Origin: an uncultured archaeon
GTDB taxonomy: Archaea > Aenigmatarchaeota > Aenigmatarchaeia > QMZP01
DNA: 64,000 nucleotides
Assembly: GCA_964555875.1 (NCBI GenBank)
Contig: CAZKUD010000004.1
Span: 3,580-67,579, forward strand
Direction: 5' to 3'
Part shown: piece by piece, positions 44,213-53,776 of the stretch
Numbering within the stretch: position 1 is the first letter of the stretch
How the letters are laid out: every line of letters begins with the position of its first letter
Position numbers and translations under genes: made by a program
Notes under the pieces: model-generated
What the model was told of the DNA's origin: nothing
Database searches by the model: none
The model's input: the letters and a program-made list of their open reading frames with translations, nothing else

Positions 44213-46927
44213 ATGGGCGCCAATCTCCCACCCAATGCACTTGCCCTGCTGAAGCAGAGGTACCTCCTGAAGGATGACAGGGGAAGGGTCAGGGAGACGC
44301 CTGAGCAGATGTTCAGGAGGGTCGCAAGGGCTGTCGCCAAGGCCGAGGGCAGGAACGCGGGGAGGTTCGGGAAGGAATTCTTCGGCATGATGAGCAGGCT
44401 GGAGTTCCTGCCAAACAGCCCGACCATGTTCAATGCGGGCACCAAGCTGGGCCAGTTGTCGGCATGCTTCGTGCTGCCCATAAACGATTCGCTGGTCAGC
44501 ATATTCGACGCGGTCAAGCACACTGCACTGATAGAGCAGAGCGGGGGCGGGGTCGGCCTGTCCTTCTCGAGGATCAGGCCGAAGGGCTCAATGGTGAAAT
44601 CTTCCAGGGGCCAGGCCAGCGGGCCTGTCTCGTTCATGAGGGTGTTCGACACTGTCACAGGCGTGATAAACGCGGGCGGCAAGAGGAGGGGCGCCATGAT
44701 GGGCGTCCTGGACGTGGGCCATCCCGACATAATGGATTTCATAACATCCAAGGAAGGCTATGACGTGCTCAGCAATTTCAACATATCGGTGGCGGTCACA
44801 GATTCCTTCATGGAAGGCGTCAGGAAAGGGAACAGGAAGGTATGGGACGCCATAGTGGAGGGCGCATGGAAGGGCGGGGACCCCGGGCTGCTTTTCATGG
44901 ACGAGATAAATAGGGGGAACCCGACCAGGAAGCTGGGAAAGGTGGAGACCACCAACCCCTGCGTTCCTTCCCATACATGGATAATGACAGGCGGCGGGCC
45001 GAGGCTGGTGGACGATATTATAAACAACAGTGTTGGCATAGGCGTCAATGGCTGCTCCTACCAGACCGCAGGTTTCTTCAGGACGGGGAGGAAAGAGGTG
45101 TTTAAGATTACAACCAAAGAGGGCCTGGAGGTGGAGGCAACTGCAAGCCATCCCTTCCTAAAGGCCGAAAAGATAACCAGATACAAGACGTATCCCAAAT
45201 GGACGGCTCTTGGCGAGCTGAAGCGCGGGGACAGGCTCGTTTTGAGCGAGCATAATGGAAATAGATGGGACGGGGATTTGTCCAAGGATGATGGTTACCT
45301 CTTGGGCCTGCTCTTTGGCGACGGCACCATGACAAAGAGGAATGCCATACTCTACTCCTGGTCAACAAGCAAGGGGGACGAAGGCGTAAGGAAGGCTGTC
45401 ATGGATATAGCCAAAAAGATAAGGCACAGAAGGGACTTCATAGGATGGTGTTACAACAAAAGAACTAAGAGGTATTCACTGAGCCTGGCATATATTGATG
45501 GTCTAATCCGGAGGCTGGGTGTAGGAAGAAAGATAATAAATGGCCCCATTGAAAGGGAATCTTATGATTTTTACGTTGGGTTCATAGGGGGCCTGTTTGA
45601 TGCCGATGGCTCTGTGCAGGGCGACCAGAGGAAGGGCGTTTCCATAAGGCTCTCCCAGAGCAATGTGCCAAACCTGAAAGCCGTACAGAGGATGCTATTA
45701 AGATTGGGAATAATGTCAAAATTATACCAAAACAGGAGGCCTGGGGGCTTAAAAAGACTGCCAGACGGGCGCGGTGGAAAAAAGGATTACAAAATAAAGG
45801 CCCAGCACGAGCTTGTCATATCAAACAGGGGTGTCCTTAAGTTCTTGAATTTGATAGGGTTCAGGAACATTAAAAAGAAGGAGAGGCTTGATGCCCTAGT
45901 TAAGGGCTACAGGAGAACTATTAACAAAGATATGTTTGTGGCCACAATAGAAAGCATCGTCCCCCTTGGGATTAAGGAGGTCTTTGACATTAATGTCCCG
46001 GTTGCGCATTGTTTTGACGCAAATGGATTCTTAGTTCACAATTGCGGGGAAGCCGTGCTGCATCCCTATGAGAGCTGCAACTTGGGCAGCATAAACCTCA
46101 CCAGGATGGTAAGCGGAGGGAAGGTGGACTGGGAAAGGCTCAGGAAGACTGCCAGGCTGGCGGTAAGGTTCCTGGACGACGTGATAGACGTCAACAGGTA
46201 CCCGATGCCCCAGATAGAGGCCATGACCAAGGCCAACAGGAGGATAGGCCTGGGGGTGATGGGCTTCGCGGACATGCTGATAATGCTGGGCATACCGTAT
46301 GACTCTGAAGAGGCCCTGAGGACGGCAGGGGAGCTCATGAGGTTCATAACCGAAGAGTCCCACAGGATGTCAGAGGAGCTGGCAAAGGAGAAGGGACCGT
46401 TCAGGAACATGGCCAAGAGCTCCTGGAAGAGGCCCATGAGGAACGCGACCACCACCACAATAGCGCCAACCGGCAGCATATCCATCATAGCCGGGGTGTC
46501 CTCAGGCATAGAGCCCCTCTTCGCTGTCAGCTACGTTAGGAGCGTCCTGGGGGGCAGGAAGATGGCAGAGACCAACCGGCTTTTCAGTGAGATGGCAAAG
46601 AGCAGGGGGTTCCACTCCAAGAAGCTCATGTCAGAGGTTGCCAGGAAGGGCACTGCCAGGGGCGTGAAGGGGATCCCGAAGGACGTCCAGAGGCTGTTCG
46701 CCACGGCCCTGGAGATAAGCCCGGAATGGCACGTAAGGATGCAGGCCGCCTTCCAGAAGCACACCGACAATGCTGTGTCTAAGACCGTCAACTTCCCGAA
46801 GGGCGCCAGCCGGTCAGACATAGACAGGGTCTTCATGCTGGCGCACAGGCTGAGGTGCAAGGGGATAACAGCATACAGGTACGGCTCCAGGAAGGAGCAG
46901 GTCCTGACATGCGGGGAGTGTGAGTGA
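44213..46927 (+). CDS. nrdJ: Adenosylcobalamin-dependent ribonucleotide reductase (class II, NrdJ-like) interrupted by one intein
   Basis: Extein motifs TTNP|CGE at the active-site Cys and C-terminal redox pair CGECE. Extein is about 543 aa after removing the 361-aa intein. Confidence 0.75.
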   Translation: MGANLPPNALALLKQRYLLKDDRGRVRETPEQMFRRVARAVAKAEGRNAGRFGKEFFGMMSRLEFLPNSPTMFNAGTKLGQLSACFVLPINDSLVSIFDAVKHTALIEQSGGGVGLSFSRIRPKGSMVKSSRGQASGPVSFMRVFDTVTGVINAGGKRRGAMMGVLDVGHPDIMDFITSKEGYDVLSNFNISVAVTDSFMEGVRKGNRKVWDAIVEGAWKGGDPGLLFMDEINRGNPTRKLGKVETTNPCVPSHTWIMTGGGPRLVDDIINNSVGIGVNGCSYQTAGFFRTGRKEVFKITTKEGLEVEATASHPFLKAEKITRYKTYPKWTALGELKRGDRLVLSEHNGNRWDGDLSKDDGYLLGLLFGDGTMTKRNAILYSWSTSKGDEGVRKAVMDIAKKIRHRRDFIGWCYNKRTKRYSLSLAYIDGLIRRLGVGRKIINGPIERESYDFYVGFIGGLFDADGSVQGDQRKGVSIRLSQSNVPNLKAVQRMLLRLGIMSKLYQNRRPGGLKRLPDGRGGKKDYKIKAQHELVISNRGVLKFLNLIGFRNIKKKERLDALVKGYRRTINKDMFVATIESIVPLGIKEVFDINVPVAHCFDANGFLVHNCGEAVLHPYESCNLGSINLTRMVSGGKVDWERLRKTARLAVRFLDDVIDVNRYPMPQIEAMTKANRRIGLGVMGFADMLIMLGIPYDSEEALRTAGELMRFITEESHRMSEELAKEKGPFRNMAKSSWKRPMRNATTTTIAPTGSISIIAGVSSGIEPLFAVSYVRSVLGGRKMAETNRLFSEMAKSRGFHSKKLMSEVARKGTARGVKGIPKDVQRLFATALEISPEWHVRMQAAFQKHTDNAVSKTVNFPKGASRSDIDRVFMLAHRLRCKGITAYRYGSRKEQVLTCGECE
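44960..46042 (+). mobile_element. Intein with LAGLIDADG homing endonuclease, inserted at the NrdJ TNP/CGE site
   Basis: Begins with Cys (CVPSHTW), ends HN followed by Cys. Two LAGLIDADG blocks LLGLLFGDG and FIGGLFDADG. Locally lower GC. Confidence 0.8.
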
Positions 46928-47436
46928 TGGGAGACATATACCTATACACGGGCAAGGGGGCAGGCAAGACCACCAACGCCCTGGGGCTTGCCCTGAGGAT
47001 GGCAGGCCACAACAAGACCACGGTGATAATACAGTTCCTCAAGTGGTGGAAGAAGACAGGGGAATACAGGATGAGGAACCGGCTTAAAGGATACCACATC
47101 TACCAGTTCGGGAGGAGGGGCTGGAAAGGGCTGGAGAACCTGGGCCCCAAGGACAGGGAGCTGTGCGAGAGGGGTCTGGAGAAGGCCAGGAAGGAGATTA
47201 AGAGGAGGAGGCCCCACCTGCTGGTGCTGGACGAGCTGAACCTGGCGGTGCACTGCGGGATGCTCGACGTGAAAGAGGTCCTGGAATTCCTGGACTCTGT
47301 CCCGAAGAGGACGGACGTGGTGATAACCGGCAGGCATGCGCCCAAGGAACTGGTGAGAAGGGCGGAATACGTGAACGAGATAGTGATGGTCAAGATGCCC
47401 AAGAAGCCTGCCAGCAAGGCAGGCATACAGTATTAA
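46927..47436 (+). CDS. cobO: Cob(I)alamin/cob(I)yrinic acid a,c-diamide adenosyltransferase (CobA/CobO/BtuR)
   Basis: P-loop TGKGAGKTT, VIIQFLK, VLDELN. Start overlaps nrdJ stop (TGATG). Confidence 0.85.
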   Translation: MGDIYLYTGKGAGKTTNALGLALRMAGHNKTTVIIQFLKWWKKTGEYRMRNRLKGYHIYQFGRRGWKGLENLGPKDRELCERGLEKARKEIKRRRPHLLVLDELNLAVHCGMLDVKEVLEFLDSVPKRTDVVITGRHAPKELVRRAEYVNEIVMVKMPKKPASKAGIQY

Positions 47437-47819
47437 TCCTTCTTGACTAGGACTGCGCTTATGGCTCCGTGCTGGCCGGGCCTGCTTCTGACGCGAGCCT
47501 GGCCGGCCTCTGTCTTTATTATGGCCCCCTTCGTTAGGACATTCCTTCTCACATAATGCGGGTTGGCGTCGTTAGATGTGGTCGAGATTATCTTGGACTT
47601 TGTGACCTTGCCTGTCTTGGGGTCGGAAACATTGGCCACGTCTATGGACTTGAGCTTCACTTTGGCTCCCCCGCCGCGCACCCTCTTGTGCCTGACGTTC
47701 CTTTCATCTATCCTGGTCTCAAGGAACCTGGTGCCCTTGTCCATCCTTCTCTTCTTCCTGAGCCTGCTCAGCTTCTTGCCGGTCTTCGTCCTTTTGGAGC
47801 GCAGATGCCATGTCGTCAT
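47433..47819 (-). CDS. rps8e: 30S ribosomal protein S8e
   Basis: N-terminal basic RSKRTKTGKK region, conserved core. Confidence 0.85.
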   Translation of the reverse strand: MTTWHLRSKRTKTGKKLSRLRKKRRMDKGTRFLETRIDERNVRHKRVRGGGAKVKLKSIDVANVSDPKTGKVTKSKIISTTSNDANPHYVRRNVLTKGAIIKTEAGQARVRSRPGQHGAISAVLVKKD

Positions 47820-47920
47820 AGTATCACATAGTACTTGCTTATTTAAATGGTTTTATTCGTCTCCGGATTTTTAAAGCTTCCCGGAATCAAGCTTATATAC
47901 ATTCAACTCTTTAATAAACC

Positions 47921-48151
47921 ATGGAAAACGGTACTAACAAAAGGCCATTGGACGTGTTGGGCTCCTCGCTGGAGAAGAACATCCTGGTCAAGACCAAGTT
48001 TGGCGATGACATAACGGGAGTTCTCAAGGCGTTCGATTCCCACATAAACATCTGGATGGACGATGCCAGGATGCAGGGAGAGAAGGAAGTCAGCCTCGGC
48101 AAGGTCCTGATCAGGGGCGACAACATAGTTTTCATATCGCCTGCGAAGTGA
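47921..48151 (+). CDS. Sm-like archaeal protein (LSm)
   Basis: Sm1/Sm2 motifs, VLIRGDNIVFI. Confidence 0.85.
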   Translation: MENGTNKRPLDVLGSSLEKNILVKTKFGDDITGVLKAFDSHINIWMDDARMQGEKEVSLGKVLIRGDNIVFISPAK

Positions 48152-48219
48152 GAAGCTTCTTCTTCAGGGACAAGCTTAAAAACCCTTGAGTGATAAAATG
48201 ATTATTGTAAGGTGAAAGC

Positions 48220-48411
48220 ATGGGCGGAGGAACCAAGGCATTCGGGAAGCAGAACAAGAAGACGCACATAATCTGCAGGAGGTGCGGCAAGCACACGTAC
48301 CATGTGAGGGACCGGAGGTGCGCAGCCTGCGGTTTCGGGGCATCCTCCAAGCTCAAGCAGTACACCTGGCAGAACAAGGCCAACAAGGGCAAGTGCAACA
48401 GGCTGAAGTGA
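48220..48411 (+). CDS. rpl37e: 50S ribosomal protein L37e
   Basis: GTKAFGKQNKKTHIICRRCG...CAACG zinc ribbon. Confidence 0.9.
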   Translation: MGGGTKAFGKQNKKTHIICRRCGKHTYHVRDRRCAACGFGASSKLKQYTWQNKANKGKCNRLK

Positions 48412-48425
48412 TCTGGTTTTGGATA

Positions 48426-48463
48426 GAACCCTTTGTAGAAGCGTAAGCTCTCGTAAAAGGTTC
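48426..48463. ncRNA. Conserved 3'-end hairpin element, copy B (stem GAACCCTTTG/TAAAAGGTTC with one bulge, loop TAGAAGCGTAAGCTCTCG)
   Basis: Between convergent rpl37e and tbp. Same loop core as copies A and C with a different stem sequence. Confidence 0.45.
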
Positions 48464-48499
48464 TGCAACAGGCTGAAGCGAATCTTTTCAGAAGAAACC

Positions 48500-49126
48500 C
48501 TAACACTTCTCAGGCTTTATCTTTATGCCTATGGACTCCAGCTTCTCCTTCAGCTTCCTCAGCGCAGCGTGCACGTCTGACAGGGTGTGTGCTCCTGTGC
48601 AGATTATCTTGCCTGAGCTGAAGAGCAGGAATGCCACCCTGGGCTCGCTTATCCTGTAGACCAGGCCAGGGAACTGCTCAGGCTCATATTCAGCGTTCTC
48701 CAGGCTGAAGGTTATCTCTTCCAGGTTCAGCTGGGCGTTTATCTTGGAGCTGGCCACTATGTTCTCTATCTTGACGTCGTATTTCCTCGGCATGGATATG
48801 CCCACAGAGCGTATCCTCTTGACCACCTTGTCTATTGCAACGTTCGCCAGCTCTATGTTCTTGGCGCCTGTGCACACTATCTTGCCGCTAGAGAATATCA
48901 GGGCAGCCGCCCTGGGCTCCTTGGTCCTGTAGACCAGGCCAGGGAACTGCTCAGGTTCATATTCAGCGTTCTCTATCTCCCCCACCAGCTTGTTGAGGGG
49001 AATCTTCTTGCCCAAGGCCACGAAAGCGACGACGTTCTCCACCTTGACGTGGAATTTCCCGCTTCCCCCTCCCTTGGAGGCCCTTTTTGGGGCAGCCTTT
49101 GCCTTAGTATTGGTTGGTTTTGCCAT
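48500..49126 (-). CDS. tbp: TATA-box binding protein
   Basis: Two direct repeats ENAEYEPEQFPGLVYR...SGKI(V/I)CTGA. Confidence 0.9.
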   Translation of the reverse strand: MAKPTNTKAKAAPKRASKGGGSGKFHVKVENVVAFVALGKKIPLNKLVGEIENAEYEPEQFPGLVYRTKEPRAAALIFSSGKIVCTGAKNIELANVAIDKVVKRIRSVGISMPRKYDVKIENIVASSKINAQLNLEEITFSLENAEYEPEQFPGLVYRISEPRVAFLLFSSGKIICTGAHTLSDVHAALRKLKEKLESIGIKIKPEKC

Positions 49127-49270
49127 AACTATCTATAACCGTAACCTTTTTAAACCCTTATTTTATCTATTGGTATTGAACCGCATATAAATGCGATAAA
49201 ACACTGGTCATAATTGGCTCTTTCTCAGAACAGAGTTAACAATGATGAACAGAAAAAAGGAAGTGATAAA

Positions 49271-51103
49271 ATGAACGAAAAAACAAAAAGCGCTAGCAAT
49301 AAGTCTAGCAGAAAGAAGGTCGTCCCGGACACGAGCGTGCTCATCCTGGGGACGATATCGGGCCGGATAAAATCCGGCAAGCTGAAGGGCGCAAGGATCC
49401 TCATTCCCAAGGCAGCCATAGACGAGCTGCAGGCCCAGGCAAGCAGGGGTCACGAGACCGGCTTCAAGGGGCTTGAGGAAGTCAAGGCCATAAGGGCGCT
49501 GGGAAAACAGAAGGGCATAGAAGTGGAATTCCCGGGCACGCGGCCGACCCTAGAGGAGATACACCTGGCCAAGAAGGGCAGGATAGACGCCCTGATAAGG
49601 GACGTTGCCGCCAAGAGCGGCGGGAAGCTGCTTACTGCCGATTATGTTCAGGCCCTTGTGGCCGAGGCAGAGGACGTTGCAGTGGAATACGTCCCACAGC
49701 CCGTCAAGAAGAAGGTCAGCATAGAGTCCTTCTTCAGGGAGGGGATGCAGTCCCTCCATATGAAGGTGGGGGTGCCTCCCATGGCCAAGATAGGCAGGCC
49801 TGGCGAGGTGAAGCTCGTGCAGCTCAAGAAGCAGAAGGTGGACGAGGACGGGCTGAAGGCAATGATAGACGAGATAGTCTACCAGGCCAAGAAGAAGGAC
49901 GATTCCTTCATAGAGATAGGGAGGAACGGAGCCACTGTCGTGCAGATGGGGGAGTACAGGATATCCATAACCAGGCCCCCTTTCTCTGACGCCATGGAGC
50001 TGACAGCTGTCAGGCCCATAGCCAAGGTGAAGCTGGACGACTACCAGCTGCATGAGGAGCTGAAGGAAAGGTTCGCCAAGAAGTCCCAAGGTGTCCTGAT
50101 AACAGGACCGCCTGGGGAGGGCAAGACGAGCTTCGCCTCGGCCCTGGCCAAGTTCCTGAGCAGCCAGGACAAGGTTGTCAAGACATTCGAGCAGCCCAGG
50201 GACCTGCAGGTAGGCCCTGAGGTCACCCAGTACGGCCCCCTGGAGGGGGACTGGGTCAAGTCAGCGGAGATTCTCCTGCTGGTGAGGCCCGACTACACCA
50301 TATTCGACGAGATCAGGAAGACATCCGACTTCAGGATATTCGGTGACATGAGGCTGGCTGGTGTCGGCATGATTGGGGTGGTGCACGCCACGTCCCCCGT
50401 GAGCGCAATACAGCGTTTCATAGGGCGCGTTGAGCTGGGCATGATACCCAACATAATAGACACCGTCATCTTCGTGGAGGCAGGCAGGGTCTCCAAGGTG
50501 TACGAGATGGTGCTGAGCGTGAAGGTGCCTTCAGGCATGACCGAGGCCGACCTGGCCAGGCCTGTGGTGGAGGTGAAGGACTTCGCCACCAAGAAAGCGG
50601 AGTATGAGATATACACGTTCGGGAACGAGAACGTCATCATACCTGTCAAGGAGGGCGCCAAGGGCTCGCCTGTCAATGAGCTCGCCAAGCAGAGGGTAGA
50701 GCAGGAGCTCAGGAGGTACGACCCCTCTGTGGAGGTGGAGGTCGTCGGCGCCAACAAGGTGGTGGCCCGGGTCCGCAATGAGTCCATGGCCCGGCTCATA
50801 GGAAGGAAGGGCGAGAACATAAGCTCCCTGGAGAAGAGGCTGGGCATCTCAATTGATGTCCAGCCCAGGGAAGCCACAATGAAGCAGGGACTGAAATGGA
50901 GGCACCAGGAATCCGGCGCCTTCGTGAACATCCTTGTGGACCCTGAGCTCACAGGAGAGCAGGTGGACGTCTACAGGGCTGACGAGTACATATTCTCCCC
51001 CTACGTGGGGAAGGGCGGGGCGATAAAGGTCAAGAAGCGCTCCCCGCTCGGCAGCAAGATAATGGGAGCGATATACTCCCGAAGACTGAGAGTGATGGCA
51101 TAA
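49271..51103 (+). CDS. PIN-domain / PilT-PhoH-like ATPase / C-terminal KH domain protein (COG1855-like)
   Basis: PIN-like N-terminus, Walker A GPPGEGKTS, KH-like RLIGRKGENISSLEKRLGISIDV. The ORF track starts at 49214; the ATG at 49271 has an SD-like AGGAAGTGA. Confidence 0.75.
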   Translation: MNEKTKSASNKSSRKKVVPDTSVLILGTISGRIKSGKLKGARILIPKAAIDELQAQASRGHETGFKGLEEVKAIRALGKQKGIEVEFPGTRPTLEEIHLAKKGRIDALIRDVAAKSGGKLLTADYVQALVAEAEDVAVEYVPQPVKKKVSIESFFREGMQSLHMKVGVPPMAKIGRPGEVKLVQLKKQKVDEDGLKAMIDEIVYQAKKKDDSFIEIGRNGATVVQMGEYRISITRPPFSDAMELTAVRPIAKVKLDDYQLHEELKERFAKKSQGVLITGPPGEGKTSFASALAKFLSSQDKVVKTFEQPRDLQVGPEVTQYGPLEGDWVKSAEILLLVRPDYTIFDEIRKTSDFRIFGDMRLAGVGMIGVVHATSPVSAIQRFIGRVELGMIPNIIDTVIFVEAGRVSKVYEMVLSVKVPSGMTEADLARPVVEVKDFATKKAEYEIYTFGNENVIIPVKEGAKGSPVNELAKQRVEQELRRYDPSVEVEVVGANKVVARVRNESMARLIGRKGENISSLEKRLGISIDVQPREATMKQGLKWRHQESGAFVNILVDPELTGEQVDVYRADEYIFSPYVGKGGAIKVKKRSPLGSKIMGAIYSRRLRVMA

Positions 51104-51112
51104 GAAAGGGGC

Positions 51113-51562
51113 TTACTTCACCAGCAGCTTGGCCCTGCTGAGGTTCCACTTCCAGTCAACTGGCATGAGTCCCCTGCCCTTGTAGTACTTGGCAAGGCGC
51201 CTTATCTTGGACTCGGTGATTTCGAGGCCCCTCTTGGAGGTATAGTCCCTCTTGTTCTTGGAGAGGTGCACCTCAAGGCCCGCAGCCTTCTTGATGAGGT
51301 TGACCATGTCCTCAGGAAGCTCTGGGTAGGCCTTGTTCTTCCTCATGACATCGGCTATCTTGAGCTTGCTCATCCTCACGGAAGGGATGCCGTACTGGTC
51401 CCTCAGGACCAGCCCTATCTGGGCTGACTGCATGCCTTCCTTGGCGTGCTTGAGTATTATGCCCTCTATCTCCTTGGGCTTGTACTTCATCCAGGGGGCC
51501 ACCTTCTGCATGGGTTTCTTTGACCTTGACTTGCCCCGCTTTCTGGAATACATCCTTGCCAT
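51113..51562 (-). CDS. rps15: 30S ribosomal protein S15P/S13e
   Basis: MARMYSRKRGKSRS N-terminus and conserved S15 core. Confidence 0.9.
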   Translation of the reverse strand: MARMYSRKRGKSRSKKPMQKVAPWMKYKPKEIEGIILKHAKEGMQSAQIGLVLRDQYGIPSVRMSKLKIADVMRKNKAYPELPEDMVNLIKKAAGLEVHLSKNKRDYTSKRGLEITESKIRRLAKYYKGRGLMPVDWKWNLSRAKLLVK

Positions 51563-51611
51563 AGTATCTTTTTTGCACTCAGGGTTTTTAAAAGCATCAC
51601 GGGGTTTGCTC

Positions 51612-51648
51612 CCCCGCTTTGGAGAAGGCGGAAGCCTCTAAAGCGGGG
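51612..51648 (-). ncRNA. Conserved 3'-end hairpin element, copy C (9-bp stem CCCCGCTTT/AAAGCGGGG, loop GGAGAAGGCGGAAGCCTCT)
   Basis: Directly abuts the thrC stop (51649). Loop resembles the A/B core (AGAAG(G)CG-NN-AGC(C)TCT). Confidence 0.4.
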
Positions 51649-52908
51649 TCAAGGTTTAAAAGCCTTGAGGAAACGCGGACCGGTGCTCTTCACCTCTATG
51701 GGCTTGCCCCTGACGCCTGTCTTGGGCGTCTTCAGGCCGTGGCCTGTAACCATGCAGACCACATTGCCTTTGAATCTCTTTTTGGACTTCAGTATGCCTG
51801 CCAGGGCGACAGCCCCTGCAGGCTCGGCGAACAGGCCTTCCTTCTGGGCCAGCATCTCCCTGCACCTGAGGATATCCTGGTCTGTGACCGTTATGCACGT
51901 GCCTCCCGACTCCTTGATGGCTGCGAGCGCCCTCTTGCCGTCGAGGGGGTCGCCGCATTCAATTGCCACAGCTACTGTATGGCTGCACCTCTTCCTGGGC
52001 CTTCCTGTGAAGTCCTGGAAGACAGGGGAGCACCTGGAGGACTGTATGCCTGAGATTATTGGGAGCTTCTTTATCCAGCCCAGGGTGTAGAACTCCTGGA
52101 ACGCCTTCCAGGTGGCAGAAATAAGGGTTCCGTTGCCCACAGGGCACACCACATGGTCCACATGGGGCAACTGGTCAGCTATCTCGAAGCCCACCGACTT
52201 GGTCCCTTCCCTCCTCCAGAGGTAGTCGCCCAGCATGTACAGGCTCTTCCTCCTGGTGAGCCGCTCGACTGCCCCGGCCGCCTCAGCATAATTGCCCCTT
52301 ATGCGGTAGAGCCTGGCCCCGTAGGCCAGTATCTGCTCCATCTTGACTAAGGCCGTATCAGAGGGCGAAACTATGGTGCATTTCAGGCCTGACATGGCCG
52401 AGTACGCTGAAACAGAGGCGCCCATGTTGCCTGTGGACGCGCAAACAACGTGCCTGGCCTTCTGCTCCAGGGCCCTGGCCACCTCCACAGAGGAGCCCCT
52501 GTCCTTGAAGGAGCCTGTCGGGTTCTGCGCCTCGTACTTGAACCAGAGCCTGAACGGCAGCCTGGACTCCTTCTCCACCCTCTTGGAGCGCACGAGAGGC
52601 GTGCCGCCTTCCTGTATGGAGACCAGCTTCCTGACAGGGAAGAACTCCGCGTACCGGGAATGGTTGAAGGGTCGGGACAGGACGTCCTTTCTCTTAAGCC
52701 TGGACAGCTTCCTGTAGTCCATCATCACTTCAAGGCTGCCCCCGCAGGGGCACCTGGCGTTGGGGTACTTCAGGGGATAGGCCTTCCCGCACTCTGAACA
52801 GCGTATGCTTTTCGCGTACATCCATTTATAATTGGGCTCGGACCAAATTAAACTATGGCTATATCTGAGGCCATGGTGCTTTTGCCCATGGTTTTCCAGT
52901 ACATACAA
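51649..52908 (-). CDS. thrC: Threonine synthase with N-terminal zinc ribbon (alternative start at 52821)
   Basis: PLP lysine FKDRG. N-terminal CSECGK...CPCGG. The start as drawn overlaps a divergent gene by 54 nt. Confidence 0.85.
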   Translation of the reverse strand: MYVLENHGQKHHGLRYSHSLIWSEPNYKWMYAKSIRCSECGKAYPLKYPNARCPCGGSLEVMMDYRKLSRLKRKDVLSRPFNHSRYAEFFPVRKLVSIQEGGTPLVRSKRVEKESRLPFRLWFKYEAQNPTGSFKDRGSSVEVARALEQKARHVVCASTGNMGASVSAYSAMSGLKCTIVSPSDTALVKMEQILAYGARLYRIRGNYAEAAGAVERLTRRKSLYMLGDYLWRREGTKSVGFEIADQLPHVDHVVCPVGNGTLISATWKAFQEFYTLGWIKKLPIISGIQSSRCSPVFQDFTGRPRKRCSHTVAVAIECGDPLDGKRALAAIKESGGTCITVTDQDILRCREMLAQKEGLFAEPAGAVALAGILKSKKRFKGNVVCMVTGHGLKTPKTGVRGKPIEVKSTGPRFLKAFKP

Positions 52909-53619
52909 GTGATAGGATACATAGTGATGGTGCTGTTCTTCGGCTCAATAGCCATGAGGGGCTGGAAGGGCTGGTTCCCCTGGTACATCAACCTGCTGGC
53001 CAGGGTGGGGACAGGGTTCGTCTGCCTGATTGCCGGGGTCTCGCTCGGCCCGTTCATGACGGGCCTGAGGACAGGGATACTCGCCATGTTCCAGCTGGAC
53101 CTGATAACGGTCGGGGTGATATCATCAGTCATCATGTCCGTTGCCCTCTACCTTATATCATTCAAGTCCCACAGGGCGGCCCTGAGCGTAAAGAAGAGGA
53201 TACACAAGCTGGAGAGGAAGCTCAGGGGAATGGGCCACCCTCCCAAGGGGATGACCAAATGGAAATGGGCCGGCCTGGCGATAATAGTTGCCCTGGTGGC
53301 ACTTTCGGCTGTCAGCTTCAGGGGGTTCCCTGAGAATGCCGCGTCAGAGATGTTCAAGAGCATGGGGCTTCCGGAAGAGGTGGCGGACATGTCCCCGGAA
53401 TGCCTGAGCGCCATGATGGCCGTGACCTCCGTAGGAGAGATAAGGGACCCGCCCCTGTACGAGAACGACGCCCTGAAATCCACAATTGAGGCGGAGTCGG
53501 GCGAGACCGTATTCGAGATGTACAGGATAGAGAATGCCGGGGCCACCATAATAGCCGTGAAGACCGTCAGCGACAAGACCTGCTTCGCCACAGAGACCGA
53601 TTTCTGCATGTGCCAGTGA
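52855..53619 (+). CDS. Membrane protein, hypothetical (254 aa)
   Basis: Four or five TM helices in the N-terminal half, soluble C-terminal domain. Confidence 0.5.
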   Translation: MAISEAMVLLPMVFQYIQVIGYIVMVLFFGSIAMRGWKGWFPWYINLLARVGTGFVCLIAGVSLGPFMTGLRTGILAMFQLDLITVGVISSVIMSVALYLISFKSHRAALSVKKRIHKLERKLRGMGHPPKGMTKWKWAGLAIIVALVALSAVSFRGFPENAASEMFKSMGLPEEVADMSPECLSAMMAVTSVGEIRDPPLYENDALKSTIEAESGETVFEMYRIENAGATIIAVKTVSDKTCFATETDFCMCQ

Positions 53620-53700
53620 GAGGCTACCAGAAAGGTTTAAATATGTGCCAGCCAATTAATACTCAACAAATTCAGCGTTGGATAAAGGAGGTGGCCTTTC

Positions 53701-53769
53701 ATGGAGGACTTCAAGATGACCCTTTTCGACGATGAAGAGAATGAAGACGATCTTAATGAGGAAGACTGA
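53701..53769 (+). CDS. Candidate 22-aa highly acidic micro-ORF MEDFKMTLFDDEENEDDLNEED
   Basis: Preceded by a canonical SD (AAAGGAGGTG) 5 nt upstream of the ATG. Intergenic location. Under 60 aa, so absent from the ORF track. Confidence 0.25.
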   Translation: MEDFKMTLFDDEENEDDLNEED

Positions 53770-53776
53770 ATGAGCT

